Positions 40,616-51,013 of a stretch of 64,000 nucleotides of DNA are shown piece after piece. A model generated the notes under the pieces. The model searched no databases and was not told the DNA's origin. It saw only the letters and a program-made list of their open reading frames with translations. This DNA is from Clostridia bacterium (lineage in GTDB: Bacteria; Bacillota; Clostridia; TANB77; CAG-465). How positions within the stretch are numbered: the first letter of the stretch is position 1; every line of letters begins with the position of its first letter. Position numbers and translations under genes: made by a program. The stretch lies in NCBI GenBank assembly GCA_045538335.1, contig JAZSRF010000045.1, positions 5,708 through 69,707 of the forward strand, written 5' to 3'.

Positions 40616-41627
40616 TGTGAAGAAAATTATATATCTTTTTAAAAGAATATGTGAAATGGATTTCAAATCTATGTTTAAAACAGCAAGGCGTGTTGGAAAA
40701 GCTAATAAGGCATCATCTATTATAGTTTTGTTTGATATAATTCGTTGCGGAATAAAATATATGGCAGGGTATGTAGATTACGAAGTTTTTGGATTTTACA
40801 ACCTAACCAAAGAGCAAAGAGAAACAATTATAACAAGAGGCATTAATAATCGTTTTGTTGCAACACTAAACGACAAAGAATTAGCAAACACTTTAGATAA
40901 CAAGTTACTATTTAACAAAAGATTTAATGAGTTATTAAAAAGAGACTGGCTTAATTTAAAAGAAACTTCAAAAGAAGAATTTGCAAAGTTTCTTAAAGAC
41001 AAAACAAATATAATTGTTAAACCAGTAGACCAGGCATGCGGAAGAAACGTTGAGAAAATAAGCGTTAAAGAAATTAATGATATTAACAATTTATATGACA
41101 ACCTAATATCTAAAAAACAATATTTGGTAGAAGATTGCATTGTGCAACATCCTAAAATGTCTGAAATATATCCTAACGCAGTTAATACCCTAAGAATAGT
41201 TACTGTTACTAAAAACAATAAAGTTAACATTATGTTTAGAAGCATTCGCATGGGCAATTCAGGTAATGTTGTAGACAATTTCAATCACGGCGGATTATTT
41301 ACAACAATAGAAGAAAATGGAGTTATTCAAAAACCAGCTGTAGACAAACTTGGTAATATCTATGATAGTCATCCATTTACAAATACACCGCTTATAGGAT
41401 ATGAAATCCCTTTATTTAAACAAGCAATCGAATTCGTAAAAACAATGGCAATTTCCATACCAGAAGTTGGATACGTCGGTTGGGATATCGCTATTACAGA
41501 AAACGGGCCTGTTGTTGTAGAAGCAAATCCATTCCCAGGCCACGATATATATCAATCAAAAATACACATGAAGGCAGACGGAACAGGACTTAGAAAAGAT
41601 TTTGAAAAAATAATATATGAAGACTAG
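40616..41627 (+). CDS. ATP-grasp family protein (sugar-transfer-associated ATP-grasp type)
   Basis: ATP-grasp fold signatures (IIVKPVDQACGRNVEKI, EVGYVGWDIAITENGPVVVEANPFPG). Likely GTG start at 40616 after RBS AGGGGG. Confidence 0.55.
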
Positions 41628-42094
41628 CTCTTGCTAGTCTTCTTTTTTTTCCTTAATTCCTTAAAGAATTCTTTTATTAATGTTTCACAATCCTCTTTAC
41701 AGATTCCTTGTTCAAATTCTACTTTGTGATTAGATTTTATCCCAAAGGCATTAACTACACTTGTTACTGTTCCATATTTTTCATCACACGCTCCGAAATA
41801 CACTTTTCTAATCCTCGATTGTACTATCGCACCAGAACACATCAGACATGGCTCAACCGTCACATATAAATCACAATTTTCAAGTCTAAAATTATTTAAC
41901 TTTTTACACGCCTTATCTATAGCAATTATTTCAGCATGTTTCAAACTGTTTTGTTTGCTTTCACGCAAATTATATCCTCTAGATATAATCTTTCCACCCT
42001 TTACTATTACAGCACCTATAGGCACTTCGTCTTTTTTCCTTGCCTTTATAGCCTCTTTTATAGCCTCTTTCATAAACTTTTCTTGTTCATTCAT
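41624..42094 (-). CDS. tadA: tRNA-specific adenosine(34) deaminase
   Basis: CMP/dCMP deaminase zinc motifs HAEIIAI and PCLMCSGAI; 156 aa. Confidence 0.85.
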   Translation of the reverse strand: MNEQEKFMKEAIKEAIKARKKDEVPIGAVIVKGGKIISRGYNLRESKQNSLKHAEIIAIDKACKKLNNFRLENCDLYVTVEPCLMCSGAIVQSRIRKVYFGACDEKYGTVTSVVNAFGIKSNHKVEFEQGICKEDCETLIKEFFKELRKKKKTSKS

Positions 42095-42803
42095 CTTGTT
42101 CCTCCATAAAATACTTTTGTATTCCCAAATATATTCCCCATGCGAGTTGTGATTGGTAATTATCTGTCTTTAATTTTGCCTCATCACTTTTGTTTGATAA
42201 GAAACCACACTCTACAATAACCGCTGGTATCTGAACTTTATCCATTATATATGCACCTTTTATAGCCATAGGCACCCTTTTATTTTGCCCTATATTTTCA
42301 TTAAGAGATTGTTGTATTATGGTTGCCAATCTTTTACTGTCTTCACTCTTTGATTGATAAAACGTTTGCCATCCACTGTACTGAGAATCTGTGTAATAGT
42401 TCATGTGAATTGACACATATGTATCCGCCTTCGAATTATTCCCAATATACACTCTGTTTTTCATGTCACTTATTTTTTTAGAACGTATTGAGTACTTGTC
42501 TACTTCATATATCCCATTGTCGTCACTACGTGTTAGTATTACTTTAGTTCCACTTTGTTCAAGTAATTGTTGTAATTTCAATGTGATTGCCAAATTCAAC
42601 TCTTGCTCTGTTGTACCATTTTCACTTTCAGTACCATAATCTGGAACACCATGACCAGCATCCAATATTACAGTCATATTTGTAGCTGGTGTAACATTAG
42701 TTTGAATTGCAATGTTACTTGATGCCACTATTATACCACATATGCATATACTAAAACAAATCAATACTATTATTTGTTTTTTTGTAATCATAAAAACTTT
42801 CAT
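42087..42803 (-). CDS. cwlD: N-acetylmuramoyl-L-alanine amidase, CwlD-like (Amidase_3)
   Basis: LDAGHGVPDYGTES...E...VSIHMNY...E pattern with N-terminal signal/anchor; overlaps tadA by 8 nt. Confidence 0.7.
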   Translation of the reverse strand: MKVFMITKKQIIVLICFSICICGIIVASSNIAIQTNVTPATNMTVILDAGHGVPDYGTESENGTTEQELNLAITLKLQQLLEQSGTKVILTRSDDNGIYEVDKYSIRSKKISDMKNRVYIGNNSKADTYVSIHMNYYTDSQYSGWQTFYQSKSEDSKRLATIIQQSLNENIGQNKRVPMAIKGAYIMDKVQIPAVIVECGFLSNKSDEAKLKTDNYQSQLAWGIYLGIQKYFMEEQDE

Positions 42804-42884
42804 ATAATCACCAATATATGTATATGTAATATAACAAAAACAATATCACCCTGAAATTAAACTCAGAGTGATTTTTTATTTTCA

Positions 42885-43451
42885 TTATATAATCAGTACC
42901 AATATTAAAAATATTATTTTATCTAAAATCATTTGCGGGAATGCAATCCATTTGTTCTTATCTATATATTCTATACCTTGTTGTATATCTTCATCCGTTA
43001 CATCTACTACTAATCCTTTATATACTATTTCTTTAGCCAATTTTGTAGAACCATTTGTAGCTCCCACCTCTAATATTAGTCTAATACCTATGCTTGTTAC
43101 TAAAGCTGTTATCGTTGCTGTTTTTATCCATAGCAAACTTGTCCAAAAAAGTGCCATAACAATATATACAAGGAATAATATCATAGAAACATTTGCAAAT
43201 ATCGTGTTTAATATGTGTAAAGTTTTACTTTGCACAGAATGAATGCATTCGTGACATATCACAATAAGTTCAGCAGCCTTTTTATTTATATTTTTAGCAT
43301 CATCTGGAACTTTTGTATTTTCAAAGTCTTCAGCAATATATATTGTGTCTATTAGCGGACTATAATAGTTACCCATAAATCCTTGTTTTCTTTCTACTTT
43401 AGTATGCTCATTTCCTAAATGCTTTAAAATTTCTTTTGCTATATTTTCCAT
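42885..43451 (-). CDS. putative membrane-associated zinc metallopeptidase (HExxH)
   Basis: HECIH motif followed by two hydrophobic segments. Confidence 0.4.
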   Translation of the reverse strand: MENIAKEILKHLGNEHTKVERKQGFMGNYYSPLIDTIYIAEDFENTKVPDDAKNINKKAAELIVICHECIHSVQSKTLHILNTIFANVSMILFLVYIVMALFWTSLLWIKTATITALVTSIGIRLILEVGATNGSTKLAKEIVYKGLVVDVTDEDIQQGIEYIDKNKWIAFPQMILDKIIFLILVLII

Positions 43452-43452
43452 A

Positions 43453-43791
43453 TTAGAACTCTATTACATCTTGAAGGCCTTCGCCTAGTATTTTTTGCAT
43501 ATCTGCAAGTAGCACATCTAATTTTATTTCAGCTTGAAAGAATTCCACAGCAAGTGGGCTTTGAATAATTAAAGAATATTCTTGTTGTAGTTCATTTTTC
43601 GCTGCTTCGTCTATAGCAATTCCACTTATATGTTTCATTTGTTCTTCTCTTTGACGTGCTCTAAATCTCTTAATTTTTTCACTTAGCTCACTATCCGCTT
43701 TAACTCTTTCTTTTAATGCCATATAATTTGTATACTCTGGCGTATCTTTCAAATCTCTTACTAAAGCGTGTATTTTATCATAAAAATTCAT
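43453..43791 (-). CDS. UPF0342/YheA-YmcA-YlbF family regulatory protein
   Basis: MNFYDKIHALVRDLKDTPEYTNYMALKERVKADSELSEKIKRFR... is colinear with the YheA/YmcA family. Confidence 0.55.
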   Translation of the reverse strand: MNFYDKIHALVRDLKDTPEYTNYMALKERVKADSELSEKIKRFRARQREEQMKHISGIAIDEAAKNELQQEYSLIIQSPLAVEFFQAEIKLDVLLADMQKILGEGLQDVIEF

Positions 43792-43806
43792 AATAATCCC
43801 TCTTTT

Positions 43807-44046
43807 CTATTCTTCAGAAGTTATGGGCTCACTATCTTGTAAAAGCATACTCACCCATCTATATACCCTTAATTTCTCTGCAGGTACTTCATAACCCAAA
43901 GTATATTTTGCTAAATAATATACTTGTGTTACTGTAAATATCATTAACACTATAGATATTAACATTATAACAAGTTGCTTCTTTGCGCCAGGTTTCATAG
44001 TTGTAGTCTTAGCCGAAGCACCTCTTCTAGACTTTCTGCTTGCCAT
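43807..44046 (-). CDS. small membrane protein, basic N-terminus + one TM
   Basis: 79 aa, KKQLVIMLISIVLMIFTVTQVYYL. Confidence 0.3.
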   Translation of the reverse strand: MASRKSRRGASAKTTTMKPGAKKQLVIMLISIVLMIFTVTQVYYLAKYTLGYEVPAEKLRVYRWVSMLLQDSEPITSEE

Positions 44047-44099
44047 ACACTTCCCTCCATCGCAATTATACTATACACCCACTTAACTTTCAACAAAAA

Positions 44100-44840
44100 C
44101 TAAATAACTTCACACAATCTTTGCTGATTTACTGTTAAAATATCCTTTTTACTGTTTACCATGGCTGTTATATTTTGTATAACATTATTTTCCTTTGCAC
44201 AATCATTATATCTACTCAGTACGTATTTGTTTTCATTAAGTTTATCTGCAATTTCATTTGCTCTTTCTAAATCTTTGTTTTTATATGCTTTATACCATTC
44301 TTCACATTTCTTTAAAAATTCATTTTTCTTTTGTTCTAATTTATCTATAACATTATTTAAATACTTTATAAACTCACTATTCATTATATAATTTTTAAGT
44401 TTATCAAAAAATTTATATACATAATCTCCTACTATATTATTTTTTAAGTAGTTTGATTCAACTATTTCAATACCATTTTTTAAAGAGGTTATAAGTCCGC
44501 CTTTTTTAGCTATATCTTTTAACTCACTTAATGAATTAATACTCTTTTTGGATAAGCCCATGATCTCAAGGCCCTCTCTTATTGTACTTTTTACAGCTGT
44601 AGCTATTACCTCTTTAATATCTTTCGTCTTTATTGCATCCTTTATGTCCATAAGTACGTCCTTTACCGCATCCGGAACAGGCAAAGCTTTAATAACATAT
44701 TTTGTCGCGTGATCTACTGTTTTTTCTACAGCGCCCGTTAAATCTTCCTTTAAAGTTTCCATTTTACTATCCTTACTAAGGTCCATGGCCAACTCCTTTG
44801 TATTTTGTATAATTTCATTTATTTCATTAGACAAATTCAT
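44100..44840 (-). CDS. hypothetical alpha-helical protein, last gene of the Tad-like operon
   Basis: 246 aa, 2 nt after the TadB-like gene. Confidence 0.35.
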   Translation of the reverse strand: MNLSNEINEIIQNTKELAMDLSKDSKMETLKEDLTGAVEKTVDHATKYVIKALPVPDAVKDVLMDIKDAIKTKDIKEVIATAVKSTIREGLEIMGLSKKSINSLSELKDIAKKGGLITSLKNGIEIVESNYLKNNIVGDYVYKFFDKLKNYIMNSEFIKYLNNVIDKLEQKKNEFLKKCEEWYKAYKNKDLERANEIADKLNENKYVLSRYNDCAKENNVIQNITAMVNSKKDILTVNQQRLCEVI

Positions 44841-44842
44841 AT

Positions 44843-45715
44843 TTATTCCTCCTTATATATTTTTGAAATTAAATATGCTATTAAAATGTAAGAAAACGCA
44901 TTAAAGTTTAACACAAGTTTGCCAAAAAACGTTTCACGCATAATACTTGCATATTCGTTATTTGTAAATACAAACATTACCACGACTAAAACATTTAACA
45001 CTACCATTATTAGTAATGTTAAAATGTCTGCATATGCTTTTTCTTTTGCAGATTCTTTATGTATATTTTCTTTTGTTATTATATTTATATACCTCTCTAA
45101 CACATTGTTAAAATCTCCACCATTTAAATAACAAACTTGACAAGCATTAACAAAACCATCAAACGCTTTTACATTTACTTCATTTTTTAAATTATTAAAA
45201 GCCTCTATTACATTCATTCCTCTAGATATATTGTTTTTGAAGGCACCTACATATTTCCTTAGCGGTTCTCCCACCTCTGTTCTTTGAATAGCGCCAATAA
45301 TATTGTTGTCTCTGTCTATGTGATTTTTTATATTCACAACATACATTGGTAATAATTTTATAATCTTTGATTTTTCGTGGTTTAACAGAATCTTAAATAA
45401 TATAATTGGCGAAAATAAAAATGGTAAAGATAAAATTAATGCTGTTGTAAGGACTTTAATATACGAATAAAACACTGTAAAGAATATTACAAAAAGGCAA
45501 AACATTATTATTAATAAAATAACAGGGCTTAATTTATTAGTTTTTTCAGGAACAAGTCTTCTTTTTAAAGATATGCTAATATATTCTGAAAGTCTTATAT
45601 ACGGTTTTGTTTGTATAATTTTAGATTTTAAATTGTTTGTTTGAATAGCCGGAGTAACAAGATAGATTAAATTACCAAGGATTAATATGCTAATTATTAC
45701 AATGATTACTATCAT
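44843..45715 (-). CDS. TadB/TadC-like (T2SS-F family) inner-membrane platform protein
   Basis: N-terminal TM, cytoplasmic helical domain, C-terminal TM pair; 290 aa. Overlaps the CpaF gene. Confidence 0.5.
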   Translation of the reverse strand: MIVIIVIISILILGNLIYLVTPAIQTNNLKSKIIQTKPYIRLSEYISISLKRRLVPEKTNKLSPVILLIIMFCLFVIFFTVFYSYIKVLTTALILSLPFLFSPIILFKILLNHEKSKIIKLLPMYVVNIKNHIDRDNNIIGAIQRTEVGEPLRKYVGAFKNNISRGMNVIEAFNNLKNEVNVKAFDGFVNACQVCYLNGGDFNNVLERYINIITKENIHKESAKEKAYADILTLLIMVVLNVLVVVMFVFTNNEYASIMRETFFGKLVLNFNAFSYILIAYLISKIYKEE

Positions 45716-46889
45716 ATTTTTTCTCCTTTAGTTTATACAAGCTCTTATATTCAATTTCTTCCGTAGTATTGTTTAATACAATTTCTGCTATTTCATTTAC
45801 TTTGAAATCTTTCATAAAAACAATATAATCTATACTACTAGCTAAAAATCTTCTTAAGAAGGGTTCAGTATAATGTTGAGCCTTAATGTCTTTTTTGATT
45901 AGAGTTATAAGTCGATCTATTGTATTAGTTACACTATCTGCATGAACTGTTGCAAGGCCGGTATGCCCGGTAGAAATTGCATCAAAAAATGAGTTTGCTT
46001 CAGCACCTTTAAGCTCACCAATTATTATAATATCGTTAGACATTACGAGAGAATGTCTAGAAAGCTTGTCTAGGTCTATATTCTTCTCTTGACCCCTATT
46101 TAATATACATTCCCTCTGTATAACATTTCTACCACTTAAATAAAACTCTGCCGTCTCTTCATTTGTTGTTATCGCATACTCTTTTGGTATCCTTTCAATA
46201 AGAGCCTTCAATAAAGTTGTTTTTCCACTTCCACCTTTACCACATAAAATAACATTTTTCATGCTACCAACATGAAATTTTAGTATTTTATATGCCTCTT
46301 TATCTAGCAAATTGTATTCAGCATAAAGTTTTTCTAAACTCACACCCCTATTTTTTCTATGAATACGTATAACAAGGCTCGGTCCTATAACATTTGCAGG
46401 TTCTAATCCCGCTTCAATTCTTAAAGAGTTTTTTCTATCACTAAATACAACTATTGGAGTTTCAAAATTTATATTTGCATTATTTTTTAAAGCGCAAAAT
46501 CTTACATACTCTTCAAAATCCTCATTTGATTCAAACGACTGATTGGTTCTTGTCCACTTGCCCTTTTCTTTTATATATATACCGTTATATGCAACCACCC
46601 TGATATCACTTATATTTTCATTATCTATATACTTTTGTAAAATCCCATAACCATATATTTTATCCATTATTTCACTTGTAATACTTCTTATTCTTGTTAT
46701 ATCATTTAAATGATACTTGTTATACAGCTCACTTGTTATCCTTTCCTTTACATCTTGTTTTCTACTACTTATTATTATTTCATCTTGCTCTTTTATTAAG
46801 CCTAGTGTTAACTCTTTTATTATCTGCTTGTCTGTTTTTATATCTTGTTTTTCTTCTTTAGCTATCACTTTATACGCATTAATTATCAT
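45690..46889 (-). CDS. CpaF/TadA-type secretion ATPase (T2SS-E/VirB11 superfamily)
   Basis: Walker A ILCGKGGSGKTTLL, Asp box, Walker B IIIIGELKG, His box GHTGLATVHA. Confidence 0.8.
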   Translation of the reverse strand: MIINAYKVIAKEEKQDIKTDKQIIKELTLGLIKEQDEIIISSRKQDVKERITSELYNKYHLNDITRIRSITSEIMDKIYGYGILQKYIDNENISDIRVVAYNGIYIKEKGKWTRTNQSFESNEDFEEYVRFCALKNNANINFETPIVVFSDRKNSLRIEAGLEPANVIGPSLVIRIHRKNRGVSLEKLYAEYNLLDKEAYKILKFHVGSMKNVILCGKGGSGKTTLLKALIERIPKEYAITTNEETAEFYLSGRNVIQRECILNRGQEKNIDLDKLSRHSLVMSNDIIIIGELKGAEANSFFDAISTGHTGLATVHADSVTNTIDRLITLIKKDIKAQHYTEPFLRRFLASSIDYIVFMKDFKVNEIAEIVLNNTTEEIEYKSLYKLKEKKYDSNHCNN

Positions 46890-48099
46890 AAAACGCTCCT
46901 ATCTTTGAGTCTATTTCGTTTTCCATATTTTTATTTGACATTAAGCCTAAAATTTGTGCTACATTATCCACTTTGTCAACAGATGAAATGTTTAATTCAC
47001 CTAGTCCATTTATTATACCCTCCAACCTTGTGTCTTCTGCCACCTCTAAACATATATTATACCCCTCAAGTACTGCTGCTATTTGTTTTAAAGAAAGGGA
47101 ATCTTTCTTGACTTTGTTTATAACTACACATACTTTTTCTTTTGGTATTTTCCAAATGTTTGTTATAAGGTCTAAATATTTTACAGCTTGTCTCATACTT
47201 ATAAAATTAGCATTAACTACAAAAAATATTTTGTCCGCTTTTGCAAGTGAATATGGCACAACATCTAAAAACGGAGCTGATGGCATATCCAATATGAGTA
47301 CGTCATATTCATTTTCTGTTTCAGAATATAGTTTAGAGTAATACTCCTCTGAAAGTTTATTTTGACATTCGTATATTCCCATATTATTAGTTATAAAAGA
47401 AAGTTTTCCATTTCTTCTTTTCTCTTTACTAACAAGTTCATTTAACATTTGCGCATTAAATGAGCCTCTATCTATTTCTTCCATTACAAATTGCAAACTG
47501 TTGCCAGAACTATTTAAGTTGTTATATATATCTATTGCTGCATTTTGTATATCCATATCTACAAGAAGTGTATTTAACTTTAATTTTCTGCTTGTTATTT
47601 GTGCTAAGATACTTGCGATATATGACTTTCCTGCTCCACTAGTGCCAAACACACATATCTTTTGTTTTGTTAGAATATTTATTTTACTATTATTACTTAT
47701 ATTTTCTTTTATTACTTTATTGCTATTTTTTAATACAATCATCTTTTGTTTAGAATCTATCATATTAAAAATATCACTAAAACCTGCCTCGCTTCCCTCT
47801 ATAATATCAAAAATATTTTTAGAAAACAGAAAACCTTTATATATTTCATCTAGCTTATCCACACACAATATCACTTTTAATTCTGCTGTTATGCTTCTGA
47901 TACTATTTACATAGTCCTCTTTACTCATATTTCCTTCCAGTGTATCTTTTGTTATTAAAACATCTACTTTATATTTTTGAAGATATTCTAGCGTATCCTC
48001 TTTAGTTGTCATATCATAAGTGTGGACATCATATTTTCCACATCTTTTAATTTTTTCTAAAAGCGCAATGTTATTCATTGCTATTAATATTTTCTTCAT
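46879..48099 (-). CDS. CpaE/TadZ-like ATPase: N-terminal receiver-like domain + MinD/ParA-fold ATPase with atypical P-loop GTSGAGKS
   Basis: MinD-like DxD LLVDMD, Walker B VLILDMPSA, VCVVINKV; P-loop VFGTSGAGKSY instead of KGGxGKT. Confidence 0.5.
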   Translation of the reverse strand: MKKILIAMNNIALLEKIKRCGKYDVHTYDMTTKEDTLEYLQKYKVDVLITKDTLEGNMSKEDYVNSIRSITAELKVILCVDKLDEIYKGFLFSKNIFDIIEGSEAGFSDIFNMIDSKQKMIVLKNSNKVIKENISNNSKINILTKQKICVFGTSGAGKSYIASILAQITSRKLKLNTLLVDMDIQNAAIDIYNNLNSSGNSLQFVMEEIDRGSFNAQMLNELVSKEKRRNGKLSFITNNMGIYECQNKLSEEYYSKLYSETENEYDVLILDMPSAPFLDVVPYSLAKADKIFFVVNANFISMRQAVKYLDLITNIWKIPKEKVCVVINKVKKDSLSLKQIAAVLEGYNICLEVAEDTRLEGIINGLGELNISSVDKVDNVAQILGLMSNKNMENEIDSKIGAFYDN

Positions 48100-49774
48100 A
48101 ACTCTCTCCTTCTATTAATCCGTGTTCAAAAGGTGATGCTTTTATTTCTAAATTAAAATTTGTACTATTCATACAAATATGTGCATTTCCTCTAGACAGC
48201 GCTGATATGCTTTTTATAGCCATATTATTTTTCAACATTCTTTCAAACATTTCTATATCTTGCCATTCCATCCTAAACATTACTTTGCTATTTGTATTAT
48301 TTAATATGCTCTTTCCAAAATTCCCATTATCCAAGTTAAACAAATCACATATATCTTGACTTATAGCAACAATCCCCGCTTTTTTCTTTCTTAATGTTTT
48401 AAACATATTGTATATATTTTGTACTACATAGCTATCTTGTCCAAAGCCTATCGTTTTCCATAACTCATCAAAATATATAAGTGTTTTTTGCCTTATTAAC
48501 TCATATATCTTAGGTATAAATACTTTCATTTCTTTAGAAATATCTTTTATATCTTTGTTTGATAAATCAAAACAATATATTTCAGTATTATTTCTACTAG
48601 TAGTACAACTGCTTTCTCCCATGTTATTTAATAATTCTATATCTTTGTTAGCATTTTGCTCTTTTAACACATTGTATAAATCTTTCATCGTTGGAAACTT
48701 TCTTTTATATTTTGGCTTAATATATAAATTATCCGCATCTTGCAAGTCATACAGAGATGCCTCATTTTTGTCAATTCCATAACTCTTATATATTTTTATA
48801 ACAGTATTTCTTAACATTTCTTTATCCAAGGAAGGTACTAACAATAGCACACATTGTATTATTTGCTCTACCTTTTCACTCAAGAAGTCATTACTTTGCA
48901 AACAAGACTCATTTATCTCAAACGGATTGTAGTTTTGTATATTATAAACTTGTCCTCCCAGAGTTTTTACAAGTTTTACATACTCCCCTTCAGGGTCAAC
49001 TATTATTTGTCTAATTCCTTTATACGCATTTCTTAAAATCATAAGCTTTACAAAATACGACTTTCCCGCGCCACTGCTCCCAAACACACACATGTTGTAA
49101 TTATTATTCTTAATGTCAAACAAATCTATCATACACAAATTATTATTTGTTTTTCCTAATAATATCCCCTCTTTATTTAACATTTCTCTTTCAAAGAATG
49201 GAAATAGCTTAGTTAATGCTTCTTCTGTAAATATGCTATATGAATATTTTGAAATACTTTCATTATTATTCATAATAGGTAGTGTTGCAATATATGCCTC
49301 CTTCTGCCTAAAGTTAGCAGGTTTTGCTATTATCTGTTTTGTATACAACATATTTATACATGCTTTTTGCTTTGCCATTAATTCTTCTATACTTTTTGCT
49401 TTTATAACAATATATGTGCTCAATAGATAAACTTGTTCATCATCTATTTGTATCTTCTTTCTAAGCTCAGTTGCTTCTTTTTTTGTGTTGTTTATTAGAT
49501 TAATGTCTATTTGATTCTTAGAAGCACCACTTATTTCTGAACTTGATTGAGATATTATATTTGTTAACTTTTTGAGAATCTCATAATTATTTTCACGTGT
49601 TATATGAAAAGATATTTCTCCTTCTTGCTTAGACGTTAAGACTTCCATTGTTTTTAGCATATGTATATTCTGTTCATATTTAATTACTATAATTGTTGAC
49701 ACATATATTCCATCTATCCTTAAATGATCATATTTAATCTGTACATTTAACGGTAAAATTTTAACTATATCCAT
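48071..49774 (-). CDS. VirB4/HerA-like (AAA_10) P-loop ATPase
   Basis: Walker A VFGSSGAGKSY, then IVDPEGEY, Walker B LIYFDELWK; 567 aa. Confidence 0.5.
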   Translation of the reverse strand: MDIVKILPLNVQIKYDHLRIDGIYVSTIIVIKYEQNIHMLKTMEVLTSKQEGEISFHITRENNYEILKKLTNIISQSSSEISGASKNQIDINLINNTKKEATELRKKIQIDDEQVYLLSTYIVIKAKSIEELMAKQKACINMLYTKQIIAKPANFRQKEAYIATLPIMNNNESISKYSYSIFTEEALTKLFPFFEREMLNKEGILLGKTNNNLCMIDLFDIKNNNYNMCVFGSSGAGKSYFVKLMILRNAYKGIRQIIVDPEGEYVKLVKTLGGQVYNIQNYNPFEINESCLQSNDFLSEKVEQIIQCVLLLVPSLDKEMLRNTVIKIYKSYGIDKNEASLYDLQDADNLYIKPKYKRKFPTMKDLYNVLKEQNANKDIELLNNMGESSCTTSRNNTEIYCFDLSNKDIKDISKEMKVFIPKIYELIRQKTLIYFDELWKTIGFGQDSYVVQNIYNMFKTLRKKKAGIVAISQDICDLFNLDNGNFGKSILNNTNSKVMFRMEWQDIEMFERMLKNNMAIKSISALSRGNAHICMNSTNFNLEIKASPFEHGLIEGESYEENINSNE

Positions 49775-49777
49775 AAT

Positions 49778-50320
49778 CTATTCCTTTTGTATATACCTTC
49801 TTAAAATATTTTCTACTTGTTGTTTAGACTTTATCTGACTTATTCTTATTCCAAACTCTTGCAAATTTGAAAATATATTTTCTATTTCATCTGTGATATC
49901 TTTTTGTGAATCTTCAACAATTAAATAATGATTTGTTTTATATAATTTGTTTGAATTTTCTATTTCCTTTAAATATTTTATATATTTTTCTATTGCAAAT
50001 TTTAATCGGTCACTAGACACCTCTCTCATTCGTACCTTATACTCTGCTATTTGTTCATCAAAATTTGAATTATCCTTAGATATTAAAATTTGAAATTTAT
50101 CCGGCAATCCCCTTATACATGCTAAATATGCTTGATATATCTTATACTTTGTTTCCTCATCACATGCAATAATATTTGCCGGGTCTATTTTATAAATAAT
50201 TACATATTTATCTTTTAAAATTATTTGTCCTTTTTCTGTTATGGACTGTACATTATACAAATCTTGTATATTTTTAATCTTTAAATTGGCTGTTATTTTA
50301 TTCATATTTTCCCCTTTCAA
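49778..50320 (-). CDS. hypothetical protein, first gene of the operon
   Basis: 180 aa with RBS GGGGAAAA; 3 nt upstream of the VirB4-like gene. Confidence 0.35.
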   Translation of the reverse strand: MKGENMNKITANLKIKNIQDLYNVQSITEKGQIILKDKYVIIYKIDPANIIACDEETKYKIYQAYLACIRGLPDKFQILISKDNSNFDEQIAEYKVRMREVSSDRLKFAIEKYIKYLKEIENSNKLYKTNHYLIVEDSQKDITDEIENIFSNLQEFGIRISQIKSKQQVENILRRYIQKE

Positions 50321-50554
50321 AAGTAACTTTTATTCTCCTCTAGCATATACTTTAATATATAGATTAAGGAGATGGTTTTGTGAATAACATGTTAAATTCA
50401 AATTTATTAAATTTACTAGCTGGTGTAGATAAAGACAAATTGGAACAAGTGTCTAATATGGTAAGAAATATGTCAAAAGACGATTTGAACAACTTAGTTG
50501 GAATGCTTGGAATGAACAATACTAATAACGAACAAAAATAAGGTTGTGGTATAA

Positions 50555-51013
50555 ATGAATGAACAATTAAATGAAATCAACAATAGTTCAGATAATCCAA
50601 TATTGGATATTGTAAATACTATTCAGAGCAAACTAAACGAAAACAATTCTAATAATACTACTAATAATGTGAATAATAATATAAATAATAATTTCAATGA
50701 TTCAAATAAAAAAGATTTAAGTGGATTAGATATTTCAAAGATTTTGGAGAACTTTACTGGTGCATCGACAAAAAGTAATTTTAGCGCACCGAATTTAGGT
50801 AGTAACAATTCAGGATTAAATTTAGATATGAATACCATTATGAATGTCTCAAAAGTATTAAATGGAGTAAATCAAGCTGATCCTAGAAGAGACTTGCTAA
50901 CCTCACTTAAACCCTTTTTACGAGAAACTAGGCAGAAGAATATAGATACTTATATAACGTTACTTGGTGTTATGAAAGCGTTTAACATTTTTACAAATAA
51001 GGACCGTGATTAA
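50555..51013 (+). CDS. hypothetical Asn-rich low-complexity protein
   Basis: 152 aa, NNSNNTTNNVNNNINNNFN stretch; divergent from the Tad-like operon. Confidence 0.35.
   Translation: MNEQLNEINNSSDNPILDIVNTIQSKLNENNSNNTTNNVNNNINNNFNDSNKKDLSGLDISKILENFTGASTKSNFSAPNLGSNNSGLNLDMNTIMNVSKVLNGVNQADPRRDLLTSLKPFLRETRQKNIDTYITLLGVMKAFNIFTNKDRD

Noticed and set aside
46879-48099. Calling the 406-aa protein a second VirB4-like ATPase because of its GTSGAGKS P-loop
   Set aside because: Downstream motifs (DxD LLVDMD, VLILDMPSA, VCVVINKV) and the receiver-like N-terminus follow the MinD/CpaE architecture. The P-loop similarity to the neighbour is noted as an oddity instead.
50555-50760. Asn-rich stretch as a DNA-level tandem repeat or CRISPR-like array
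   Set aside because: It is in-frame coding low complexity (AAT/AAC codons) without a repeat-spacer periodicity. No CRISPR array was seen anywhere in the window.
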